DNA from: a virus | Strand: one strand, 5' to 3' | DNA: 64,000 bases | Virus record (IMG/VR): IMGVR_UViG_3300027801_001493 | Location: 1-64,000 of that record | Shown here: in pieces, positions 57,172 through 64,000 of the stretch | How positions within the stretch are numbered: position 1 is the stretch's first letter | Layout of the letters: each line of letters opens with the position of its first letter | Made by a program: the position numbers and the translations under genes | The notes under the pieces: generated by a model | The model's database searches: none | Seen by the model: only the letters and a program-made list of their open reading frames with translations | What the model was told of the DNA's origin: nothing

Positions 57172-57728
57172 ACTAAAGGTGCCTCCGCTCCAGGTACAGC
57201 CATGTTAGGGTCTGGATTAACGTTAGGTTGTTCTAATGCTTGGTCCTGAGCACTTTGCATTGCTTCTAAATCAACATAACTATCTTCTGCCGCTTCTACT
57301 TGTTCTCTGCTAAACTCATCTACATAACGTCTTGGCATTTTAATCTCAACTATCCAAATAGGATGGTCTTGTTTTTTTGCAACACGTCTTGGATTCATAC
57401 CTCTAACTTTAACTTCTGTGTCCTCTATGCTTTTGATAGGTCTCGAAGTAACTAATGTATCTTTGTACATTTTAACTTCACAGTCGTTTTCTTTTAAACG
57501 TAATAGCCCTTCTGGATCAGGCATTCCCTTATGCTTGTACATTAAAGCAACTTCTACAAAGTATCTACCTAACTTAGGGCCAGCAATTACTTCGCCTTGA
57601 TCCCAATTCTTGTATGCATATAAGTCAAAGTTGTCAATTACACCTTCAAACTCGCATAACATATCTAAAAGAGTGTTAGTATCTGATATCTTTTTTACGT
57701 TATCGTTAATAATTTTAATAGTTTGCAT
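57168..57728 (-). CDS. conserved jumbo-phage hypothetical protein
   Basis: L.EFE.V.D..DLYAYKNW..GE...GP. Confidence 0.75.
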   Translation of the reverse strand: MQTIKIINDNVKKISDTNTLLDMLCEFEGVIDNFDLYAYKNWDQGEVIAGPKLGRYFVEVALMYKHKGMPDPEGLLRLKENDCEVKMYKDTLVTSRPIKSIEDTEVKVRGMNPRRVAKKQDHPIWIVEIKMPRRYVDEFSREQVEAAEDSYVDLEAMQSAQDQALEQPNVNPDPNMAVPGAEAPLV

Positions 57729-57887
57729 TTTATATATTTCCTAATTACATGTATTTATGCAAAAAAGATAAACTCCAGCCGTTTTTTAAAACAGGTGTTT
57801 AACATTTTACACCTGATGCTAAATATTTTATGTATTATGATAATCAACCATATAAAAAGTTGTCGACAAACATTACATCCAACATAT

Positions 57888-57920
57888 ACCGTGATGGGGC
57901 AATCCATTTACGGTTTTTTT
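57888..57920 (+). terminator. terminator-like hairpin in the phoH leader
   Basis: ACCGTG-ATGGG-GCAA-TCCAT-T-TACGGT followed by T6. Confidence 0.6.
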
Positions 57921-57943
57921 ATGGCTCAACCAAGGAGACTATT

Positions 57944-58690
57944 ATGTCAAGAAGTAAAAGAAAAGACAAGAAGTTTAAAACTAGATTCAAGGAGAACGCA
58001 CATTTGAAAATAATCGCAGGCGGTCAAGTCGAGACTATAAAACGACAAACCAAAGTAAACATAGTTCCACGTAACTTTAAACAAGACGATTTATTAGGAT
58101 TGTTATCCGATTCCACCAAACCCATTGTATTCGCTACAGGACCAGCAGGAACTGGTAAGACCATTGTGAGTACATTATATGCTATCAAGCAATTCAGGGA
58201 AGGGAAGTGTGATAAGATAATAATTACGAGACCAGCAGTAAGTGTAGATGAGCAACACGGATTCTTGCCCGGTACATTAGTGGAGAAGATGGCTCCATGG
58301 ACACGCCCTATAATGGATGTGTTCGAAGAATTCTATCACCCCAAAGAGATTGAATATCTTGTTGAGGAGAACAAGGTAGAAATAGCACCGTTGGCATACA
58401 TGAGAGGTAGAACATTTAAAAATGCTATCATACTTGCAGATGAAATGCAGAATGCTACAAAAGAGCAGATCAAAATGTTATTAACAAGGATAGGAGATAA
58501 TAGTAAACTTATTGTTAATGGCGATTTGAATCAGCACGATAGAGGTTATGAGACCAACGGCTTAAAGGACTTTCTGGCTAGGTTAAAGGAAAGTAGTTCT
58601 AGTATGATGGGTTTAATTGAGTTTGACCACAATCAAATTGAAAGGCACCCGGCAGTTAGTGAGGTACTTAGGATTTATCAATCCGAGTAA
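57944..58690 (+). CDS. phoH: PhoH-like ATPase
   Basis: GPAGTGKT, RPAV, GFLPG, PLAYMRGRT, DEMQN, LTRIG, GD..Q.D; AAGGAG SD. Confidence 0.95.
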   Translation: MSRSKRKDKKFKTRFKENAHLKIIAGGQVETIKRQTKVNIVPRNFKQDDLLGLLSDSTKPIVFATGPAGTGKTIVSTLYAIKQFREGKCDKIIITRPAVSVDEQHGFLPGTLVEKMAPWTRPIMDVFEEFYHPKEIEYLVEENKVEIAPLAYMRGRTFKNAIILADEMQNATKEQIKMLLTRIGDNSKLIVNGDLNQHDRGYETNGLKDFLARLKESSSSMMGLIEFDHNQIERHPAVSEVLRIYQSE

Positions 58691-58880
58691 GTAACTCTCT
58701 TAACACGTTCTGACACAGTTCACCGAATTGGGAGTCTTGTATATCATATAAGTCTCTCATTCGGTCTACTGCACTTTGTACAGCTCTTAACGGATCTGGA
58801 TTTCCACCAACAACATGTTTCCAAACAAACCCACCTGGCTTAAACTCTGGTTCTTTTAAAATTTCTTGAACATTGTCCAA
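58668..58880 (-). CDS. hypothetical protein
   Basis: ORF track, convergent overlap with phoH. Confidence 0.5.
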   Translation of the reverse strand: MDNVQEILKEPEFKPGGFVWKHVVGGNPDPLRAVQSAVDRMRDLYDIQDSQFGELCQNVLRELLTRIDKS

Positions 58881-58881
58881 T

Positions 58882-59400
58882 TTAATTTAATACTGATGCA
58901 ATATAATGATTACCATCACCTTGGTCAATCAATGGAGTAATCTCTAAGTTAAGTTCTCCAATTGCTTCGCGTATCTGGTCTGTGTTGTAATCTACTGTAA
59001 TTATTCTGCCTGGTCTTCTTAATAAGCCTGACAGTTCATACATTGTTCTGTTTAATATTTCCTGGTATTCTGCATCCTGCATATCACCTTCTGTAGGTAC
59101 AACAAACGGTAAACTACAAAATATAAGATCTGTTTTGTGCGTTAGGTCGTCCCAGCCCTCTGGACTTAACACATTATGTGAAATAGTTATATCCTTATAT
59201 TCAGCATAATCTTCCCATTTTGCTTGGAATATTTGTTGTCTGAAATCTTCAATAATTGTAACTTTTTTACCTAGGTCTAAATATTTTTTTGCAAGGGCAC
59301 CGTTGCCTCTGCCAAACTCTACTAGAGTGATGTCTGTTGCATCCTCCATATAGATGTCTAAAATGTTGATTATACTGGATTCATAGTTTTCGATTAGCAT
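58882..59400 (-). CDS. class I SAM methyltransferase-like
   Basis: VEFGRGNG motif I, DLIFCSLPF, LLRRPGR. Confidence 0.6.
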   Translation of the reverse strand: MLIENYESSIINILDIYMEDATDITLVEFGRGNGALAKKYLDLGKKVTIIEDFRQQIFQAKWEDYAEYKDITISHNVLSPEGWDDLTHKTDLIFCSLPFVVPTEGDMQDAEYQEILNRTMYELSGLLRRPGRIITVDYNTDQIREAIGELNLEITPLIDQGDGNHYIASVLN

Positions 59401-59514
59401 TTATTGTCCCTCATTAATGCATGTATTTAACTTAACTACTCACTTATCTTCTCTAGAATTGGTTTAAATAATATTGCTGGTTATAATTGTAACTGGCATT
59501 TAAGGGAGAATAAA

Positions 59515-59748
59515 ATGGATATACTTAAAAAGATTAGCGATTGGGCTAATAGTTTAACACAAACAGGTTTATCCTTACTAGCACTAGGTGTAGTATTAGA
59601 AGTACTATTCAACGGAGTCGGAATTCCATTCTGGCCCGACATTAGTGTAGTCGGAAATATAATGGGCATACTGAAAGGACTATCCTCAGAAGGATTGCTT
59701 GGTCTCGTAGGCGTTGCTGTTTTATATCATCTCTTTACCCGTAAGTAG
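59515..59748 (+). CDS. small hydrophobic membrane protein
   Basis: GGAG SD, two to three TM segments, downstream hairpin. Confidence 0.8.
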   Translation: MDILKKISDWANSLTQTGLSLLALGVVLEVLFNGVGIPFWPDISVVGNIMGILKGLSSEGLLGLVGVAVLYHLFTRK

Positions 59749-59767
59749 GTGAAGTAGGTAAAACTTT

Positions 59768-59790
59768 GAAAGGGTCATAATGGCCCTTTC
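59768..59790 (+). terminator. hairpin / probable terminator
   Basis: GAAAGGGTCA-TAA-TGGCCCTTTC then ATTTT. Confidence 0.6.
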
Positions 59791-59848
59791 ATTTTATAAT
59801 ACATACAACACAGACTTCCTTAAATTATAACTGCTTAAAGGGGTAACT

Positions 59849-60052
59849 ATGTCTAAGCATAACAGGAAGGTAAGTGCCTTCAAAACATTAACGTGGCGTA
59901 TTGTCGCATCAACTGATACATTCTTAATCGGGTGGCTTATATCTGGTAGTACAAGTATTGGATTAAGTATAGCAAGTATCGAAGTAGTAACCAAATTAGT
60001 TCTATACTATTGGCATGAAAGACTCTGGGAGAATCACGCCAGAAAGATTTAG
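59849..60052 (+). CDS. DUF2061-like membrane protein
   Basis: KTLTWRIVA..DT.L..W.I.G...IASIEV.TK..LYY.HER.W. Confidence 0.8.
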   Translation: MSKHNRKVSAFKTLTWRIVASTDTFLIGWLISGSTSIGLSIASIEVVTKLVLYYWHERLWENHARKI

Positions 60053-60058
60053 GTTATA

Positions 60059-60128
60059 GGAGTGTAAAGCATTACGGAAGTGCAAGTGTCATAGGCATAG
60101 CGGTTGGGTTCGACTCCCAATACACTCC
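60059..60128 (+). ncRNA. tRNA-like RNA with degenerate anticodon loop
   Basis: Acceptor (G)GAGTGTA/TACACTC(C), D arm GCAT-TACGGAA-GTGC, T arm TTGGG-TTCGACT-CCCAA; middle arm GTGTC-ATA-GGCAT. Confidence 0.7.
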
Positions 60129-60130
60129 TA

Positions 60131-61153
60131 CTAACTTATAACGTCATCAAATATGTCTTGAAAGTCTTGTGCTGTAAATGGAACAGGATGACTGATGTAT
60201 GCACTATCTCTTACAGCCTGAGCTATAAATCTATCTTGATGTTGTTTTCTATATCTGGATATCAAATCCCATTCAAGAATATACTGTCCGTATACTGCTA
60301 ACACTTGTTGAATCGGTGTGTGCTGATATGCATCAACATCTTTCTCTAAAGTCTTTGCAATGACATATGGAGCAAATAGTGTGTTAAGTTCTCCATGTGA
60401 TAAATCTGTGTTGTTAGCAATAGCATACGTGATAGTATGTATGTGTCCTAGTCCACAGTCCATTGCCTTGCTACCTAGCAATCCTACAATAGCCATATCC
60501 TCACGCCATTTATAGTTTATTTCGTATGCCGGTAAATGTTTTATTGCTAGTTGTATACCATACAATGCACTACCCTCTGCTATAGGGTTCCTTAGACTGC
60601 TTACAGCTCCTTCTAAGCAATGGGTCATGGCGTCTAGGGCAATTACCTCACTTATTCTTTTAGGTAAAGTTAATGCCAACGTAGGGTCTACGATGATAAC
60701 ATCTGGCTGTACACCTATATCATACACACTTTTCTTAGTATGGTCTGGTCTTACAATCATAAAACCTTTTGTAAGTTCTGTGCCAGCATAAGTTGTGGGT
60801 ACGAGTATTAAGTTAGGTCTATTGGTCAAGTTGAAGTATACTACTGCTTTGGCTAAGTCTATTACACTACCGCCACCTATACCAATAATAGTATCTGCTT
60901 CACTTTGTTTGAATGCCTCTATGGCTTGATTAACACTTTCCTCACTTGGGTCTACAAATGAGTCTACATACATTACAGCATTACCAAAACGTGCATTGTC
61001 TATAACATGGTTAAGTTTGTCTTGGTCTAAACTGCTTGTAGCAATTACAAATACCTTAGACATATTAAATTCATCTCTAAGGTCTTTAAGAAAGATACTG
61101 AATGCATCCTTCTCTATAATTATGTCTACATTCTGTTCTTTAAATCTCGCCAT
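60131..61153 (-). CDS. iron-containing alcohol dehydrogenase
   Basis: GIGGGSVID.AK, PTTYAG.E, DAMTHCLE, G..H...Y...HG. Confidence 0.88.
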   Translation of the reverse strand: MARFKEQNVDIIIEKDAFSIFLKDLRDEFNMSKVFVIATSSLDQDKLNHVIDNARFGNAVMYVDSFVDPSEESVNQAIEAFKQSEADTIIGIGGGSVIDLAKAVVYFNLTNRPNLILVPTTYAGTELTKGFMIVRPDHTKKSVYDIGVQPDVIIVDPTLALTLPKRISEVIALDAMTHCLEGAVSSLRNPIAEGSALYGIQLAIKHLPAYEINYKWREDMAIVGLLGSKAMDCGLGHIHTITYAIANNTDLSHGELNTLFAPYVIAKTLEKDVDAYQHTPIQQVLAVYGQYILEWDLISRYRKQHQDRFIAQAVRDSAYISHPVPFTAQDFQDIFDDVIS

Positions 61154-61748
61154 TTTTCTGCAGAGCAATCATAAAGTGGTCTTCTTCAAGATCCGGTCTA
61201 TCCCAATTTGTGTTAAAGTATTTTTCTGTGCTACAGCCTTTTGCTTTTACCCAACCGTCTACACTACGTCTGATGTTTGCTTTGTTATAGTCTGGTATAA
61301 GCATTACTCCGCCTTCTTCTAATGCCCACCACCATAACTTAACTGTTTCTGATACAACCATTTCAACTGTGTTTGGACTTTGCTCTAGTCTCCAAGGCAA
61401 ATTTACATACAATAAATCATATGGACCATCGTCCTCTATTTGTTTTTGATTTACTTCTAAAGGAGTTGTGTTGTTAAACTGTACACCATCGAGTGATATA
61501 TCTCTAACTTTTAAATGCTCATGTAAGTCTAGTTTATGTTGGGCACCTTGTGGGTGTAAGTCAAATACATCATGTAAATGTATTTTAACTTCTGTCATTG
61601 CCCTAATCTTTTCTACAGTACTTGCTTTAGTCTGCATGAACTCGTTGATTAATATTTGGCTTTCGCTTAATGCACAATAATTCATGAGGACCATATAACT
61701 GTCCGTACCTAACATTCTGTTTAGGTCTTTCTCCTCAAGTAGGTGCAT
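61140..61748 (-). CDS. methyltransferase-like protein
   Basis: GPYDLLYV, WW.ALEEGGVMLI.DY; weak. Confidence 0.45.
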   Translation of the reverse strand: MHLLEEKDLNRMLGTDSYMVLMNYCALSESQILINEFMQTKASTVEKIRAMTEVKIHLHDVFDLHPQGAQHKLDLHEHLKVRDISLDGVQFNNTTPLEVNQKQIEDDGPYDLLYVNLPWRLEQSPNTVEMVVSETVKLWWWALEEGGVMLIPDYNKANIRRSVDGWVKAKGCSTEKYFNTNWDRPDLEEDHFMIALQKNGEI

Positions 61749-62002
61749 TAATATTTCTTCAGTATCTGGAAGTCAAAGGGTTTAACTGTTTTAATCTCTA
61801 GAGGATTATCGTTGATATCAACACCTACAATATGTGTTGCAGTTTTCTTTGATATACTCTTTAAGTCAAATACCTTTTTCTTTCTAGTTGTAGTTTGAGT
61901 GCCATCTTCTACTTTAGTAATGACCTCATCTTCAAACCATACTGTTAGTTCGTAGTGTTCGACCCATAAGCCGTGCCACCAGTCTTTTATACGTTCTAAC
62001 AT
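61748..62002 (-). CDS. hypothetical protein
   Basis: ORF track. Confidence 0.65.
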   Translation of the reverse strand: MLERIKDWWHGLWVEHYELTVWFEDEVITKVEDGTQTTTRKKKVFDLKSISKKTATHIVGVDINDNPLEIKTVKPFDFQILKKY

Positions 62003-62010
62003 TCTATCTC

Positions 62011-62934
62011 CTATATGCTATTCATTTCCAGTTCAACAAGTGTAGCGGCTAAATTAATTTCTGGATCTGCCACTGCTACACTTTTAGCAATACCATTACG
62101 GATGATAACTATTGCTTGGTCTTGTTTCATATCTGTGTCACCCCACAGATTAAGGTTGCGGTACATAAACTTGTACACTTCTTCATATTCTTCAGGTCTT
62201 GCCTGTCCAACAATCATTCCTCTTGCTTCTTTGTATTTACCTGCTTTAAACAACTCTACAGCACTGAGCATCCAATCCGATGTATTACCATCACCAGCCT
62301 GTGGTTTCTGGAGTACGCCATCAAGTACATTCTGCTGAGTAAGATTAATTGCTTTACGCAAGTCTGGGTATGTTGCTTGTACATAAGTGTCTAGTGTTTC
62401 TAAATCTACTTCAACACCTTCTTCAATACAGATAGTTGCAATACGAGCCGTGAACTCGTTGGTGTCTAGTTTCTCAATATGAAAACCCTGGCACCTACTA
62501 TGAAGTGCCGGGATAATCCTTTGTGGGTAGTTACAAGTTAATATGAATCTACAACTTGTGTGATAAGTTTCCATAACGCCACGTAGAGCCGCCTGTCCAT
62601 TAGGAGTAATATAGTCTGCTTCATCTAGTAATACATACTTCATATCACCAAACGGCATTGTGCTACTAAAATTAGTAATCTTACTCCTAATAATGTCTAC
62701 GCTATTTTCATTAGATGCATTAATCTCTAGTATGTCCATACTATCAACATCTAATTCTTGCAATAACACTTTTGCAAGTGTTGTCTTTCCTGTGCCAGGG
62801 GCTCCGCTGAATAGTAAATGAGGTAATGCCCCATCTTCTTTCCAACCGTTCACTTGTCTGCGTTGTTGGTCATCTCTAAACACATAGGTGTCTATGCTAC
62901 TAGGACGATACTTTTCTACCCACAATTCTTTCAT
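62011..62934 (-). CDS. clamp loader AAA+ subunit (gp44/RFC-like)
   Basis: WVEKYRP, SGAPGTGKTT, INAS, LDEADY, SRC, DLRKAIN. Confidence 0.93.
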   Translation of the reverse strand: MKELWVEKYRPSSIDTYVFRDDQQRRQVNGWKEDGALPHLLFSGAPGTGKTTLAKVLLQELDVDSMDILEINASNENSVDIIRSKITNFSSTMPFGDMKYVLLDEADYITPNGQAALRGVMETYHTSCRFILTCNYPQRIIPALHSRCQGFHIEKLDTNEFTARIATICIEEGVEVDLETLDTYVQATYPDLRKAINLTQQNVLDGVLQKPQAGDGNTSDWMLSAVELFKAGKYKEARGMIVGQARPEEYEEVYKFMYRNLNLWGDTDMKQDQAIVIIRNGIAKSVAVADPEINLAATLVELEMNSI

Positions 62935-62937
62935 TAA

Positions 62938-63186
62938 TTATATTCCAGTGTTTAGTATAGTTATTGTTTCTACATCATTGTATTCACCATTTTCGGTAAA
63001 CGAACGTGTAGTTGTAATTCTTTTAACCATGCCAGTAGGAAGATTTTCCATACTAATAAGTTTTTGCTCCATTAGTCCAGTTCTTGGTTGCTCAAATACA
63101 AGGTCATTCTTGTAGTCTGAGATAATTCTTGCAGACTTAGTATAAGTCCCTTTAGTTTTATAATCAGTTGTCATGTACTTCTCCAT
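62938..63186 (-). CDS. hypothetical protein
   Basis: Start adjusted downstream of the promoter at 63199-63227. Confidence 0.6.
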   Translation of the reverse strand: MEKYMTTDYKTKGTYTKSARIISDYKNDLVFEQPRTGLMEQKLISMENLPTGMVKRITTTRSFTENGEYNDVETITILNTGI

Positions 63187-63198
63187 TATTATGTTTTC

Positions 63199-63227
63199 AT
63201 TATACATGAATGTAACTAGGAAGTCAA
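63199..63227 (-). promoter_or_regulatory. sigma70 promoter
   Basis: TTGACT-N17-TATAAT. Confidence 0.75.
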
Positions 63228-63237
63228 GCACTTTTTT

Positions 63238-63245
63238 GATAAATA
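63238..63245 (+). promoter_or_regulatory. putative late promoter GATAAATA
   Basis: Heads the + strand structural gene. Confidence 0.55.
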
Positions 63246-63276
63246 ATACTGAACGCATGACTGTAGGAGTTAATAA

Positions 63277-64000
63277 GTGGCAAACGAATATAGATTTGGA
63301 CAAAAAGGTGTTTCAACTGACCTTCAATTTGGAAAGAGAGGACCTCGATTAGTAGCAAATGCTACTACATCCGCATTACAAGTAACAGCAACAGATGGAA
63401 CTACACTCAACAATGTAAGAATTGCTGATGGTGTAATAGCCAGTGACGCCGTTACTAAGAGCCAACTAGACGCCAGTGTTGCTAATATTAGCACAAATGC
63501 TTATAACATTACACTAGGAACTGGTGGTGACGGTGATTTTGTCAGCCCAGGTAGTGTAACAACATTAACAAGTTCAACTACAGTATCAGAGTCCATAGAT
63601 AGATTAAACGAGACTATGGAAAACATAAGAAACAATACTTATGTTAAAAGTGTAGACGCAACAACTAATGTTAGTTCAGGTGGTAATCCACTTACAGTAA
63701 CTTTAACAATTAGTACTGTTGGTACTTCAAATCAATATGATATAGATTGGGGAGATGGAAGTTCAACTACAGCAACTTCAGATAGTACTCCAAGTCATAC
63801 ATATACAGATAATTCAAATTCACCATATGATGTCGTAATTGTAGCAAGAAATACAAGCGGTAGTGGTGAAGGTTCTAGTGCTTCAATCACTAAGAGCAAC
63901 TTTATAACATTGTACACAGCAACTCCTGTTGCAAACTTTGGTTTATTTACTGCCAGTTCAGGCGGTAGTGCATTAAGTGGTAACAGTAGAGAAATAGATG
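63277..64000 (+). CDS. virion structural protein with PKD domain (partial, not in ORF track)
   Basis: AGGAG SD plus GTG; MANEYRFGQKGVSTDLQFGKRG...; YDIDWGDG...PSHTY. Confidence 0.8.
   Translation, partial: MANEYRFGQKGVSTDLQFGKRGPRLVANATTSALQVTATDGTTLNNVRIADGVIASDAVTKSQLDASVANISTNAYNITLGTGGDGDFVSPGSVTTLTSSTTVSESIDRLNETMENIRNNTYVKSVDATTNVSSGGNPLTVTLTISTVGTSNQYDIDWGDGSSTTATSDSTPSHTYTDNSNSPYDVVIVARNTSGSGEGSSASITKSNFITLYTATPVANFGLFTASSGGSALSGNSREID

Noticed and set aside
57792-57815. CAGGTGT/ACACCTG hairpin as a second attenuator
   Set aside because: Lies upstream of the - strand late motif (57752-57758), so probably outside that leader.
60057-60130. tmRNA or genuine tRNA-His/Sec
   Set aside because: Too short for tmRNA and no tag ORF; no 7-nt loop presenting GTG or TCA.
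1-64000. CRISPR array, integrase, transposase or reverse transcriptase
   Set aside because: No repeat-spacer array or such motifs seen.
1-64000. Stop-codon reassignment
   Set aside because: Long genes are intact in code 11, and TAG and TGA act as real coupled stops.

Overview
This AT-rich, gene-dense 64 kb segment looks like a large lytic dsDNA tailed phage of the T4-related (Rak2/GAP32-like jumbo) type. A marine proteobacterial host is inferred from Csp, ACP, Grx4 and cytochrome c. Most genes are on the - strand, with short + strand islands. Contents: (1) a T4-like replication core (family B polymerase, sliding clamp, clamp loader, RNase H/5' nuclease, DsbA-like protein). (2) A 7-deazaguanine cluster (QueE, FolE, atypical QueD, Tgt/DpdA-like; no QueC in the window) interleaved with a PRTase, a GalE-like epimerase, a GT-B glycosyltransferase and two sugar-type dehydrogenases, directly upstream of clamp and polymerase. 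(3) Host-like accessory genes (cytochrome c between two glutaredoxins, Csp, Hc1-like protein, PhoH, ClpA, DnaJ, ACP, amidinotransferase, radical SAM, 2OG-Fe(II) oxygenases, four SGNH-like paralogs, AAA+/vWA pair). (4) Large Gly/Thr/Ser-rich virion fibre or decoration proteins and a probable spanin pair. (5) Four tRNAs (Trp-CCA, Ile2-CAT, Leu-TAA, Arg-TCT). (6) Several unexplained structured RNAs: a tRNA-like element with a 3-nt anticodon loop, an H-type pseudoknot between two tRNAs, a multi-hairpin tRNA leader and a terminator-like phoH leader. Two promoter classes are visible: sigma70 TTGAC-N16/17-TATAAT (some yielding leaderless mRNAs) and a T4-late-like TAAATA. All calls come from manual motif reading; no database searches were run.
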